Virus record (IMG/VR): IMGVR_UViG_3300020048_000032
Span: 83,147-147,146 of that record
DNA from: a virus
Taxonomy: Duplodnaviria > Heunggongvirae > Uroviricota > Caudoviricetes
Strand: one strand, 5' to 3'
Length of the DNA stretch: 64,000 nt
Shown here: in pieces, positions 35,504-45,058 of the stretch
Layout of the letters: every line of letters begins with the position of its first letter
Position numbering within the stretch: the first letter of the stretch is position 1
Position numbers and translations under genes: made by a program
Notes under the pieces: model-generated
Databases searched by the model: none
Seen by the model: the letters and a program-made list of their open reading frames with translations, nothing else
Told to the model about the DNA's origin: nothing

Positions 35504-38026
35504 TTAGGACTTAGAGAATTTAACAACTTTGTCAAGCTTTTTAATACGCTTGGTTTCAAGTTTTTTCTTTCCTTTAGTCGGTTTCTTTTCTTCCTTCTTT
35601 GCTTCAGGAGCAGTTGCCACTGGAGCTTTTTCAGGCTTCAATGCAGCTTCTAAAGTATTAAGTAAAGATGTTGCAGACCCTGGTTTGTTTTCTTTGATTG
35701 CATCCCAGAGACTCAATAATAGTTTACGTGTATTTAAAGCGCTTCCAAGAGCTTCCATTCCAGATTTCATAAACTCATGACGAGTTGTTGCACTCTCCAT
35801 TGTCTGTGCTAATGATTTAGCAGATGGAGCACCTGTAGCAGGAACTTTATTCTTTTCTTTGATTGCCGTTTTAGTAATCTTAGGGAACTTACTTTCATAA
35901 GTAGCTCTCATAGTCACGTTAATAAGCTTGCCATCGCGGGTCGCTTTAAATGTACCGGTTTCGGTTATCTTATGACTTTCTAAGGGTTTCTTAGCAACAA
36001 TCTTTTTCGCTTTTAAACGACTTCTTTTCGCTTTGATTAATTGGGATATTTTAGGTTTAGCAGCTTCCATAGGGAATGCATCGCCTGCCATTTCCATTTC
36101 ATCCTCAGCAATAGCACCTTCTTTTAACTTAGCAACATCGCCTTCAACAACGTCTTCCCCGTCAGTATCTTCTGTAGCATCTACAATGTTTGCTTTTTCT
36201 GGGAGTAATTGGTTCAGGATGTCTACTAATGAATCAACAGAGACGATACCTTCTGCAGAAATAACAGTGCCTTCAGCAAGCTCCTCGAGGGATAAGACAA
36301 CCTTTTCGTCGCCTTCATCTGATTCCTCTTCAAAGTCTTCTTCAGGTTCTTCGTCTATTTCTATGATATCTTCTTCAGGAGTTTCTGGTTCTTCGGATTC
36401 GGATACATCTTCGAGGTCTTCATCTTCTTCCTCTTCTGATATTTCTTCTTCAAATTCGTCATCGCCTTCTTCCTCTACAGATTCAAGTGATACAACTATT
36501 TCATACCCGTTATCAGTAGGAACGACTTCAATAGAATCTTCGTTCTCTTCCTGTAACAAGTCTAAGCATTCTTCAATCGTCATCTGAATCTTAACAAACG
36601 CAATTTCTTTTCCACCTTCAACTTCAGCATCTTCTTCGAATTCATTGAATTCCCCTTCGGATTCTGCAGGCACCTGAGCCATACCAGAATCTATCTGAAC
36701 TGGATTTTCTTCGTCGTCGATAACTAAGTCATGAGTGTGTTCAATTAACTGCCCTTCGAGTTCGTCGGGAGATATTACAGATGTATTACCTTCATCGTCG
36801 ATTAAAACTTTTTGAGTTCCATCGATATCGATTGTTGTAAATTCGTCATCTTCATTATCCCATTCGAAGTCGACTGCTTCTACTGCACTATATTTTCTAT
36901 AGGAGGTAGAGCATACTGGACATGTACTTTCATTTGCGTTGAATTCTTTAGAGCCACACAGAGGACAAATAGCTAGCGATAAGCCGCTTGTGTTTTTGCT
37001 AACTGCTTGTGATTCTTTTACGTCTTTTCCGGTGGCCTTCTTAAAAGATTCGTTAACGTCTAATACTATCGCGCTTACTGAACCAGTCTGCGGATTTATT
37101 TTAGTAACTTCACATAAGAAAGTTTCTTTTGGGTCTGCCAAGGTAAACTTAATAGTGTCTCCAACTTCTACATTCTTTTTAGTAACTTTGGTGAGTGTTA
37201 CTTTTTCTTTTGCTGAGTCAAACTTAGCATCTTCGAAAGAACTGGTGGACAACACGATAGCATCAGCAGATTCTTTAGCAGCTTTTACGCCACCTTGAAT
37301 ACGAACTTTGCCTGCTTCTAATGTAGTCTTTTCCCCACCGTTACCCTTCATCAATTCAGCTTTGCCTGAGACTGATTTCTTAACTGCCTTGTCTGCGTTT
37401 GCTGATGTGGCTGCACGAGTAGCTTCACCACGAAGTTTCCATAATTCCGCATTGCTTAGCCCTGCAAGGCTCTTACGTGACTTCCAGGCATCAGGAGCGG
37501 ATTTACCCATTCCTTTGATTGATGCAGCAGCATTAACGATATCGTTCATCAAAGAAATACGGGTGTTCTGAGCTTCTGATGCAGCCTTAGGTGCAGCAGC
37601 TTCTTTCCAGGATGCACGAGCCTGAGTTGTGTTACCACCATAAACTTTTTCAGATTGAACAGTTTTTGGTTTCCCAAATCTGTCTTTTTCTTCTTGAGCC
37701 TTACGAGCTTTTGCATCTTCTGCGTAGAAGTCATCGCGCGCAGATGCATAACTTTCGTCAGAATCTTTTACACGTTTTTCATCTTTGAATTCGTTTTCTT
37801 TTTCTTTGCTTACAGCATCATTCTTGTGCAAACGTTTCGCACGTAAAGCTTGCAATTTTTTCTTGCGAGCTTCTTTTTCTTTTTCTTTGTCGACGGTACC
37901 TAAGCGTTCAAGCACAGGTGCGCTTTCTAACGACGCGGAATTGGTTGCGAGATTTAAATCGCTAATAATGTTCTTTGTCAGTTTACTTCTAATATCCTTA
38001 GAAGCAACTATAACCTTTTTGTTCAT
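35504..38026 (-). CDS. Large Lys-rich/acidic protein with zinc ribbon; probable prohead core or internal protein
   Basis: CPLC...CPVC; long E/D tract; many x-x-E-(S/A) sites; GAGGAGG RBS. Confidence 0.6.
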   Translation of the reverse strand: MNKKVIVASKDIRSKLTKNIISDLNLATNSASLESAPVLERLGTVDKEKEKEARKKKLQALRAKRLHKNDAVSKEKENEFKDEKRVKDSDESYASARDDFYAEDAKARKAQEEKDRFGKPKTVQSEKVYGGNTTQARASWKEAAAPKAASEAQNTRISLMNDIVNAAASIKGMGKSAPDAWKSRKSLAGLSNAELWKLRGEATRAATSANADKAVKKSVSGKAELMKGNGGEKTTLEAGKVRIQGGVKAAKESADAIVLSTSSFEDAKFDSAKEKVTLTKVTKKNVEVGDTIKFTLADPKETFLCEVTKINPQTGSVSAIVLDVNESFKKATGKDVKESQAVSKNTSGLSLAICPLCGSKEFNANESTCPVCSTSYRKYSAVEAVDFEWDNEDDEFTTIDIDGTQKVLIDDEGNTSVISPDELEGQLIEHTHDLVIDDEENPVQIDSGMAQVPAESEGEFNEFEEDAEVEGGKEIAFVKIQMTIEECLDLLQEENEDSIEVVPTDNGYEIVVSLESVEEEGDDEFEEEISEEEEDEDLEDVSESEEPETPEEDIIEIDEEPEEDFEEESDEGDEKVVLSLEELAEGTVISAEGIVSVDSLVDILNQLLPEKANIVDATEDTDGEDVVEGDVAKLKEGAIAEDEMEMAGDAFPMEAAKPKISQLIKAKRSRLKAKKIVAKKPLESHKITETGTFKATRDGKLINVTMRATYESKFPKITKTAIKEKNKVPATGAPSAKSLAQTMESATTRHEFMKSGMEALGSALNTRKLLLSLWDAIKENKPGSATSLLNTLEAALKPEKAPVATAPEAKKEEKKPTKGKKKLETKRIKKLDKVVKFSKS

Positions 38027-38049
38027 TATATAAATATCCTCCTCTTGTG

Positions 38050-38526
38050 TTATATCATATGTAGATACAAATAAATATCGATTTCATCTCTTATCGTAGC
38101 CCCGTTACCGTCAACAACTTTATCGGAACAGATAGTAAATGAGTTAGTGTTATTATAATTTTCGAATTGCAATAACCTATCTTTGTCTAATGACATTCGG
38201 CTAACATACATACTCAATCCGTTATTTAAAATCAAATACTGAATTAAGTTTACTAATGACTTGACGGAGTCACTAGACTTATTAATAGATACAGTTACTG
38301 AATTCGAGTATTTACTAATGAAATCTTCAAGCGGAATTCTTCCTTCTGCATGGACAAATTTACTAACAAATTCTTCCACCGTTGAAAGCTCATACTCGAG
38401 ACCATTAATATGGTCAAACAATAGAACATGGTCATCGCCAGTTTGTTTCATACTGGCTATACATCCTACTGTGTTGTGCGATACTCGATATTGGTATTTG
38501 TCCTTCTGTGAAGAAGGTAACACCAT
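38050..38526 (-). CDS. Hypothetical protein
   Basis: ORF track, operon context. Confidence 0.6.
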   Translation of the reverse strand: MVLPSSQKDKYQYRVSHNTVGCIASMKQTGDDHVLLFDHINGLEYELSTVEEFVSKFVHAEGRIPLEDFISKYSNSVTVSINKSSDSVKSLVNLIQYLILNNGLSMYVSRMSLDKDRLLQFENYNNTNSFTICSDKVVDGNGATIRDEIDIYLYLHMI

Positions 38527-38540
38527 TAATCCAAACTGAT

Positions 38541-38565
38541 TTATGTAGGCAGCTATCCTACATAA
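38541..38565. terminator. Hairpin TTATGTAGG-N7-CCTACATAA in the intergenic gap
   Basis: Perfect 9-bp inverted repeat; no clear poly-T tract on the minus strand. Confidence 0.35.
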
Positions 38566-38621
38566 TAATAAGCTCGGAAATTCTTGAGTTACATAGTTAA
38601 ATTTAGTGTTTATTGGTATAT

Positions 38622-39824
38622 TTAACGTAATGCTTTACCTGAGTACTTAATCCGAACGTCTAAGGATTTCTTAGCCATTGATAACTCAAGCAAGAACTGA
38701 TATCCAATAAATTCTTCACGACCTTGATAGCCTTCGCTTTCCGAGAACACAAAGTCTTGACACCACGGTGCTTCTTTTACTTCTACTCCACCTTGTTGTA
38801 ATGAACCTTTTTTCTGTACTGCATCTATAACATCTTTCCTAGCATACACAGGTCCTCTGTTCTTAACATGCATTTCTTTTTCTATGAGTGCTCCGAGTTC
38901 TTTCATAGCCTGTTCTGGTGTTCGAGTATCTTTTGAACTGTGGTAAAACATTATAGTTTCTTCGCCCATGTCAGTTTGTTTATCTCTGCTCAATACATTT
39001 CCAGGGCTCTTTTGCTGAAACATTCCAGGTGCAGAGTCCTCAACAACTTTAATAATGTCTTCATGAACCCATTTTCTAATTGTTGCTCTCTTCAGTGCTT
39101 CCTGATTATCTGCTGCTTCGTTAACTACTTTTAATTCTTTAACAATATTTAAATTTAATTTGTTCATTTTACCTTTCACACTTTCATTCAAGTTAGCTAG
39201 AATCTCTTCTGCGGGTTCAACTTCCTCTGATTCCGAATAGCTGTCTGTAACGAATGGTCCAGCTTCATTCATATCTTCTAACTCATCTACAGGTTTATCT
39301 ATTGGTTCTTCTGATTCAATTGAACCACCTGTTGCATAACGTCCGATAGATTCTTTTACCACTTTAGGTTTTCTAACACGGAGAGATTCTAATACGATAT
39401 TTTCCCATTCGGTTCTAATCTCGTAGTCTGTGTCTCTAAGGTCTTGAATAAACTTATCGATATTACCGTTAGCCTTCAGGAAGGCGTATACAAGTACTTT
39501 AGTAGGAGTTTTCTCCATACGACCTTGTACACACATCGCAAGCCAATCGAAGACACGATAGCGGGCAACGGCGAGGTCAAACATAATCATTTGAGTTTCT
39601 GCGCCGAAGTATTCTGCCGTAGCGGCGATAGTTCTTATTTCATCGCGGGTAAGGTTGTTTGCTATTCCCTGGTGACGCGTATCGTTAGTCTTAAGAGACA
39701 TAACTCTCTTCCACGTATTCGCTTCACCTGGGGCTCCGGATGCCTCCGTGGCGTTTATCTTTTTAAGAGGAGTATCTACAATTAAACTCTCTAATAATAC
39801 TTTTTTATTTTTTAAATCATTCAT
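38622..39824 (-). CDS. Hypothetical protein, candidate internal head protein (leader MNDLKNKKVLLES)
   Basis: ORF track; repeated LLES/VLES/VKES/LNES/VNEA motifs. Confidence 0.7.
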   Translation of the reverse strand: MNDLKNKKVLLESLIVDTPLKKINATEASGAPGEANTWKRVMSLKTNDTRHQGIANNLTRDEIRTIAATAEYFGAETQMIMFDLAVARYRVFDWLAMCVQGRMEKTPTKVLVYAFLKANGNIDKFIQDLRDTDYEIRTEWENIVLESLRVRKPKVVKESIGRYATGGSIESEEPIDKPVDELEDMNEAGPFVTDSYSESEEVEPAEEILANLNESVKGKMNKLNLNIVKELKVVNEAADNQEALKRATIRKWVHEDIIKVVEDSAPGMFQQKSPGNVLSRDKQTDMGEETIMFYHSSKDTRTPEQAMKELGALIEKEMHVKNRGPVYARKDVIDAVQKKGSLQQGGVEVKEAPWCQDFVFSESEGYQGREEFIGYQFLLELSMAKKSLDVRIKYSGKALR

Positions 39825-40074
39825 ATTGGTCCTCCGGATATTCTAGTTCTATAATTTCTTTATTCGACCGTGCGTAAGCAAGTTCTGCAACTTCTTCAAA
39901 AGCGACATTGGATTTTGCGACTTCGTATAGAGCAAGTCGTTCGCCTATCTTAAACTTTTCTGTGCTAACAAAGTCGATAAATTCTGCCATTGCTTCCTCA
40001 TCATTTGTTGCGGCTATATTACGTACACCAACTTCTATTCCAAATATCTCCATTGAGATTTTATATTTTGCCAT
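39817..40074 (-). CDS. Hypothetical protein
   Basis: ORF track; GGAG RBS. Confidence 0.6.
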   Translation of the reverse strand: MAKYKISMEIFGIEVGVRNIAATNDEEAMAEFIDFVSTEKFKIGERLALYEVAKSNVAFEEVAELAYARSNKEIIELEYPEDQYE

Positions 40075-40075
40075 C

Positions 40076-40873
40076 TTAGTCTCCTATAGCCCGGCTGTAA
40101 CTGGTGTTAACCATTTCTAGAAGTTTTTCTATTTTAGCTTTGCCGGTGTCGATTAGTTCTGAAGAAGAAATCGACCAGTCGTAATTACTAACGGTATATT
40201 TACCGCGGGCTCTTCCGAGGGATATCATCGCTAATGCGATTGCATATTGTGTCAGGAAGTCATAAGCTTCAGGAACGTTCTTAACAATACCAACTTGGTC
40301 TGTTGTTAAAATAGGCACGTACTCAATAGTAACATTACTACTCGCAGGATACCCTACGTCCATTCTTAATTTCTTTCTAGCTTTATCATAATCGTATGTG
40401 CAAGCGTCTTTAAATCCACCTGATAGTCGAGACACTAAGATACGTTCGTTATACATCGTTGCGATGTTACTAATAGTATCTGTATAGTTATTCATGGATG
40501 AACGTCCTGAACGGATTGCCCAACCTAGCGGGATACCAGAAATATCTGATGTATTTGTTAAGACGTCATTACTGCCCCTAGATTTAATTACATCTAAAAT
40601 GTAGGAAATTTCTAAAGGGAACGTTGAGGTATCTATCTCTTTATAATAAGATAATTGTCCGTTAACATCCATTCTTACTATGGGAACATAATGCCATACT
40701 ACAAGTAAAGAATATTTTGCCATTATAATCAGTGCACGTTTAACTAATGACTCTATTACGGCGTCGGATAGCTCTACCTCTACGATAGGAGCACCGAGTT
40801 CGAAACGCACGGATTCTTTTATATAATCGAGAACTTCCTGATTATCTTCTGGCGTTACAACAATATCTAACAT
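40076..40873 (-). CDS. Neck protein (T4 gp13-like head-tail adaptor)
   Basis: YIKESVRFELGAPIVEVELSD...YAIALAMISLGRARGKY...SELIDTGKAKIEKL. Confidence 0.8.
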   Translation of the reverse strand: MLDIVVTPEDNQEVLDYIKESVRFELGAPIVEVELSDAVIESLVKRALIIMAKYSLLVVWHYVPIVRMDVNGQLSYYKEIDTSTFPLEISYILDVIKSRGSNDVLTNTSDISGIPLGWAIRSGRSSMNNYTDTISNIATMYNERILVSRLSGGFKDACTYDYDKARKKLRMDVGYPASSNVTIEYVPILTTDQVGIVKNVPEAYDFLTQYAIALAMISLGRARGKYTVSNYDWSISSSELIDTGKAKIEKLLEMVNTSYSRAIGD

Positions 40874-40890
40874 ATGTTCACCTCCTTAAC

Positions 40891-41298
40891 TTACTTAACT
40901 TCTTCAGAGCCAAACTTAACAACTTGAATACCTAGGCTACCTAAACTACGGTAGTACCCAACCCAACGAGTGAGTGAGCATTCTTCTGGTATAACTATTT
41001 CTAATGGAGTGTTAGGTTTGATTCTATACATTGTAACTTTGTCTTCATTCCAAACAAAGTCGTATCCGACAGGTGCACGCAGGTCTGCTAATGCAACCTT
41101 GCCTACTGTAAGGTATATTTTCTTTACCATTTTACGCTGTGGAACTACGATTATCTCTGGAGGTAACTCCTCGGTGACAACATGAATAGGGGTAGGCAAG
41201 GTCTCGATGACTGCTGCCTCAACTAATGATGCAACTTCATCTAATGCATCTATAACTTCTGATGGTATGTCTACTGCTACTTTTTTTGGTCTTCCCAT
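40891..41298 (-). CDS. Hypothetical protein
   Basis: ORF track; GGAGG RBS. Confidence 0.65.
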   Translation of the reverse strand: MGRPKKVAVDIPSEVIDALDEVASLVEAAVIETLPTPIHVVTEELPPEIIVVPQRKMVKKIYLTVGKVALADLRAPVGYDFVWNEDKVTMYRIKPNTPLEIVIPEECSLTRWVGYYRSLGSLGIQVVKFGSEEVK

Positions 41299-41309
41299 AG
41301 GAAACCTCC

Positions 41310-41804
41310 TTATGTTAAATTCTGAATTTCTAAAGCGTAAAATATAAACTTCTGTTCATCGCTGCCTGGGCTATCTTCGAATCTTAGCGAGACTAAGAAG
41401 TCCCCGAAGTATGATTCGTAAATAGTATAAGTATCGTATGACGACCCTATCCATTGCTTCTCTTCACGTTGGATAAGTCGTTGTAATCTTAAGTGCCCAT
41501 TCTCATTTGTAAGCATACCGTCACCCACCCAGTACCCTGCTTCACAATCTTCTGGAGTAGCATTACTAAATATTTCTACATCTGATGGACCGTCTACTAA
41601 CTTAACGTTTTCTATCTTACCTACGCCTGAATTGTTAATTCTGTCAATAAGTCTACGCAAGATAGGAGGCAAATTATCTGGAGTATTTAAACTCTCTGTT
41701 ACTCTAGCCTTCTTGATTGCTTTAATCTTAACTGCTTCCGTAATAACCGTAGGTCGCATAGATTCTAGTGCGGTCTGTCTAATCATATTAATTTTGTTTT
41801 TCAT
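41310..41804 (-). CDS. Hypothetical protein, candidate internal head protein (ALES/ITEA/VTES leader)
   Basis: ORF track; N-terminal MKNKINMIRQTALES...VITEA...VTES. Confidence 0.7.
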   Translation of the reverse strand: MKNKINMIRQTALESMRPTVITEAVKIKAIKKARVTESLNTPDNLPPILRRLIDRINNSGVGKIENVKLVDGPSDVEIFSNATPEDCEAGYWVGDGMLTNENGHLRLQRLIQREEKQWIGSSYDTYTIYESYFGDFLVSLRFEDSPGSDEQKFIFYALEIQNLT

Positions 41805-41815
41805 AGTGCCTCCGG

Positions 41816-43060
41816 TTAATCTAATAATACAGGGAAGTAATACCCATTTATTTCTTTCATTACTATTTGCTTCTTAACAAACATACTAAGTGCTCTGCAT
41901 TCAGCTTCACCCAGCTGTGTTGCTTGTCTTAACTCGTCTGCTACAATATAATCTATATATTTAGATGACATATTTGTAGAAAGCTTTATCCCTACTTCCT
42001 TAACTCTTGCAGGGCGTATGCTTAGGACTTTCTCTAATGTCGCAAACCACGACTCATCCTTCTCTGGGAATTGTGCATGTGCATATTCCATAACGAGTTT
42101 TAGGAATGTATTAACGATTGCTGCAAGTGTTCCATCTGGAGTGTACCCTAGTTTGTATTTATATTCTGGCGGCAGTACTGGATTCAATACTGCAGATAGA
42201 TTGCCGAAGCGTTCCAAGAATAGGTAATCGTAATCTGGGACTAAGTTATCACCCTCATCACGTAGCTCAATACTCGTAGGAGTAAAGTTTGCTTGATACT
42301 GTTCTTTAAAATTAGAACTGTACTGCGACTTAGCAGGATGTGTTGGGAAGAATACCCACAACGGACCCTTCTGATGATAGGAGTCGAAGTAACCCATATC
42401 AAGTCGTCTGGTACACCATGAACTTTTCTTACCGAAATAAGCGCCCGCAATCTTATCTAATTCTTCGATGATAATAACCTGGTCATTCTCAAATACTTTT
42501 CTATACTTACCTGCATCTTCATCTTCACCTGGGTCTGCCATTCCGAATTCATCCATTTTAAATACAAAGTTTTGTAAACCGTTTATTGTAGTACCCTGTT
42601 CATTGACAGTATCTTTGTACTTTAAAATGTCATTCCAAGGTGCTTTAATTTTATTCTTTTTCTTAAGCTGTTCGAACTTAGTTATAGCTGGCCGAACTTC
42701 ACTCATTAAGTCTTCTACCTTAGCGCCCCATCCGCCCTTAGCATAGTTCTGTGCAATGAATTGCACGTACGCATGGTTAGGTGTTGGGTCCACTTTTTCG
42801 AATACTTTAAACAACTCGAGTACCGCTTCTGTTTTTCTTTTTATTAATTCCGCCTCTTCTTCTTCTTTTGGCATTTTCTCATCAATGCGTGGTAAACTAC
42901 TAATCTTTTGCTTAATTGCGTATACCTCATTAGAGGTGTCCGCCCATAGAGCTGCAAACAATTTATTTAATCCGTAGTTCTTTATCGTTACTTCCGCATT
43001 ATATTCTAGTACGGCAATAGCTTTACTCTCGAGGATAGATTGTTTAATTATGTTCTTCAT
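41816..43060 (-). CDS. Family A (DPT...WCT, PcfJ-like tentative) domain protein with ILES leader
   Basis: DPTPNHAYVQFI...KKKNKIKAPWNDILKY...SSWCT; paralogous to 43755 and 60167. Confidence 0.75.
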   Translation of the reverse strand: MKNIIKQSILESKAIAVLEYNAEVTIKNYGLNKLFAALWADTSNEVYAIKQKISSLPRIDEKMPKEEEEAELIKRKTEAVLELFKVFEKVDPTPNHAYVQFIAQNYAKGGWGAKVEDLMSEVRPAITKFEQLKKKNKIKAPWNDILKYKDTVNEQGTTINGLQNFVFKMDEFGMADPGEDEDAGKYRKVFENDQVIIIEELDKIAGAYFGKKSSWCTRRLDMGYFDSYHQKGPLWVFFPTHPAKSQYSSNFKEQYQANFTPTSIELRDEGDNLVPDYDYLFLERFGNLSAVLNPVLPPEYKYKLGYTPDGTLAAIVNTFLKLVMEYAHAQFPEKDESWFATLEKVLSIRPARVKEVGIKLSTNMSSKYIDYIVADELRQATQLGEAECRALSMFVKKQIVMKEINGYYFPVLLD

Positions 43061-43758
43061 ACCTGTTCCTCCGGCTTCTCTAAGCCTACTGTATAACGGT
43101 CTACTTGTGCGTCTTGTAGGAATGCTCCTGTAAGGATAGCCCCGCGTAAGTTAGCACCACGTAAATCTGCATAGATTAAGTTTGCGTTTGTAAAGTCTAC
43201 ACCTCGCAGGTCTGCTTTTCTAAAGTTAGCGAACATTCCTGTTACACTTGACATATTAGAATTACGAAGCTTAGCTCCTGTTAAATCTACATTACTTATG
43301 TTTGTATTACTTAAGTCGATGCCATTTAAGTTAACTCCTGATAGATTTGCATCACTTATATTTGCGCCTTTTAAACTTGCTCCTGCAAGATTGGCATTGG
43401 AAAAATTACCTCCACCTAGGTTCGCTTTGTCTAATTTTGCGTTCTTTAAATTTGCATTTGTAAAGTCTGACCCAGTAAATTTTCCTCCAGATAAATCTGC
43501 ATATCTGAAGTCCGCTCCCACTAGGGTGCATGATACAAATGACGGGTTAACCCACTCAACACCTAAAAAACTAGCACCAGTCAGGTTTGCTTTATTAAAG
43601 GTAGCACCTGATATAGTGCACTTGTCAAAAGATGCACCTGAAAGGTCTGTGTTTGTTACTGCGATGCTGTTTAGCAATCTGTAACTAAAATCTGCAGGAG
43701 ATTGTGCGTTATGCGATTTTGCTATGTTATTGAATTCTGATATGTCTGTTTTTCTCAT
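43057..43758 (-). CDS. Pentapeptide-repeat protein
   Basis: Many A(D/N)LxG/A(N/D)F pentapeptides (ANLTGASF, ADFRYADLSG, ANLKNAKLDKANLGG, ADLRGANLRGAILTG). Confidence 0.92.
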   Translation of the reverse strand: MRKTDISEFNNIAKSHNAQSPADFSYRLLNSIAVTNTDLSGASFDKCTISGATFNKANLTGASFLGVEWVNPSFVSCTLVGADFRYADLSGGKFTGSDFTNANLKNAKLDKANLGGGNFSNANLAGASLKGANISDANLSGVNLNGIDLSNTNISNVDLTGAKLRNSNMSSVTGMFANFRKADLRGVDFTNANLIYADLRGANLRGAILTGAFLQDAQVDRYTVGLEKPEEQV

Positions 43759-44582
43759 GCTCCTCTTTCCTCTCGTGCTTGCCATGCCAGATAGTCTGGA
43801 TTGTCTTTAAAATACTTTTCTACTAAGTCCCCGAATCGTCTGGTTAGAACCCAGCCCGAACCTGACGGTGCATCATGGTCATCCATAAAGATACCGTTTA
43901 CAAAATGTATTGCATACTTTTCTTCAGGGTATTCTGGTTCTTTAGGTATAAGGAAGTAGAGCTTGCCTCTACCATTATATATGTCGAATTGATTTGCTGC
44001 TCTACCGGATACACACCATTTAGTGCCACGCCCGTAAGTGCATGATGCAGCTTCGTCTAGAGGTACTACGATGGTTACTTTATCATCTTCGTAAACTTTA
44101 TCTACTCTTCCTACCTCTGACTGTGAAGCAACTACTTCCCCAGTTGATTTCGTAAAGTCTATAAATTCTTGTAAAGATTGAAATTGATTCATATCGTTGA
44201 AAGGAGGTTTAATTTTATTTCTTTTCTTTAGGCTGTCGTAAGTTGTTAACAAATCCGTAAAGTCTTGATTAACATATGTGCCGAATTCTACACCACCTTT
44301 AGCATACATGCGTAACATAAAATTAACATATGTGTGTTGAGGTGTTGGGTCAATCTTCTTAAGTTCACCGGATAACTCGCTGTAGATACCGTTAAGTTGA
44401 TATCCTGAGAACCCTTGTTGTAATCCTTGTTCGATAAACCCCTTTGTTCGTGGGTCTATTGTTGCGTCGTCAAGCATTGCACGTACAACATCTTCTGATA
44501 GTCGCGCTTGCTGAGCTTCTGATAATGCTTCCTCTACTGCGACTGCTTTCATGTTTTCTAGTATACTTCTAATTTGACCCAT
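43755..44582 (-). CDS. Family A (DPT...WC) domain protein with ILEN/LSEA leader
   Basis: IDPTPQHTYVNF...YGRGTKWCVSG...EKYAIHF..FMDDHD. Confidence 0.75.
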   Translation of the reverse strand: MGQIRSILENMKAVAVEEALSEAQQARLSEDVVRAMLDDATIDPRTKGFIEQGLQQGFSGYQLNGIYSELSGELKKIDPTPQHTYVNFMLRMYAKGGVEFGTYVNQDFTDLLTTYDSLKKRNKIKPPFNDMNQFQSLQEFIDFTKSTGEVVASQSEVGRVDKVYEDDKVTIVVPLDEAASCTYGRGTKWCVSGRAANQFDIYNGRGKLYFLIPKEPEYPEEKYAIHFVNGIFMDDHDAPSGSGWVLTRRFGDLVEKYFKDNPDYLAWQAREERGA

Positions 44583-44583
44583 G

Positions 44584-45057
44584 TTAACCTCTTTCTATTC
44601 GCCAGCCCAGTGACCGTGCTTCCTGTATACGTTCTTGTTGATTTAATGTCGGGTCTGTTTTCGCGGGTATTAGTAATGCACCCGACGTGTGGAAAACAGC
44701 AACAAATATAATATTGTAATAAGTATTAATCTCGTCGATGAAAGCTGGGTGCATACGGTGCATATAGTCTGCTTTAGCATCTGGTCCGGCATACTCAGGT
44801 CTAACTAAGAAGTTAAGTATCTGATGATTTTTACGAGAAAGTCGTCGCTGTCCCTTCCCTTTGACAACCTCAGCACCAACTTCTACATACTCTGTGCCGA
44901 CAATTTTACCATCCGGGAAGATGAACATAGATGCTTCGGAGAGATTGTCTTGTTCGACATAACCATATGTATGGGTAAGCTTATGGAACAACTCTGCAGT
45001 TGCCCCGACGTCTAGGTCCTTTATAGACTCTAATATAGCCTTGGGTTGTTTATTCAT
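44584..45057 (-). CDS. Family B hypothetical protein with AILES leader
   Basis: ASMFIFPDGKIVG...YNIIFVAVFHTSG; clear paralog of 62873..63385. Confidence 0.75.
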   Translation of the reverse strand: MNKQPKAILESIKDLDVGATAELFHKLTHTYGYVEQDNLSEASMFIFPDGKIVGTEYVEVGAEVVKGKGQRRLSRKNHQILNFLVRPEYAGPDAKADYMHRMHPAFIDEINTYYNIIFVAVFHTSGALLIPAKTDPTLNQQERIQEARSLGWRIERG

Positions 45058-45058
45058 G

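Noticed and set aside
1812-42450. Short alternative-frame minus-strand ORFs nested in larger genes (1812, 10377, 10752, 15258, 32850, 37549, 42241; also 46236)
   Set aside because: Out-of-frame overlaps with conserved proteins; no RBS or domain evidence.
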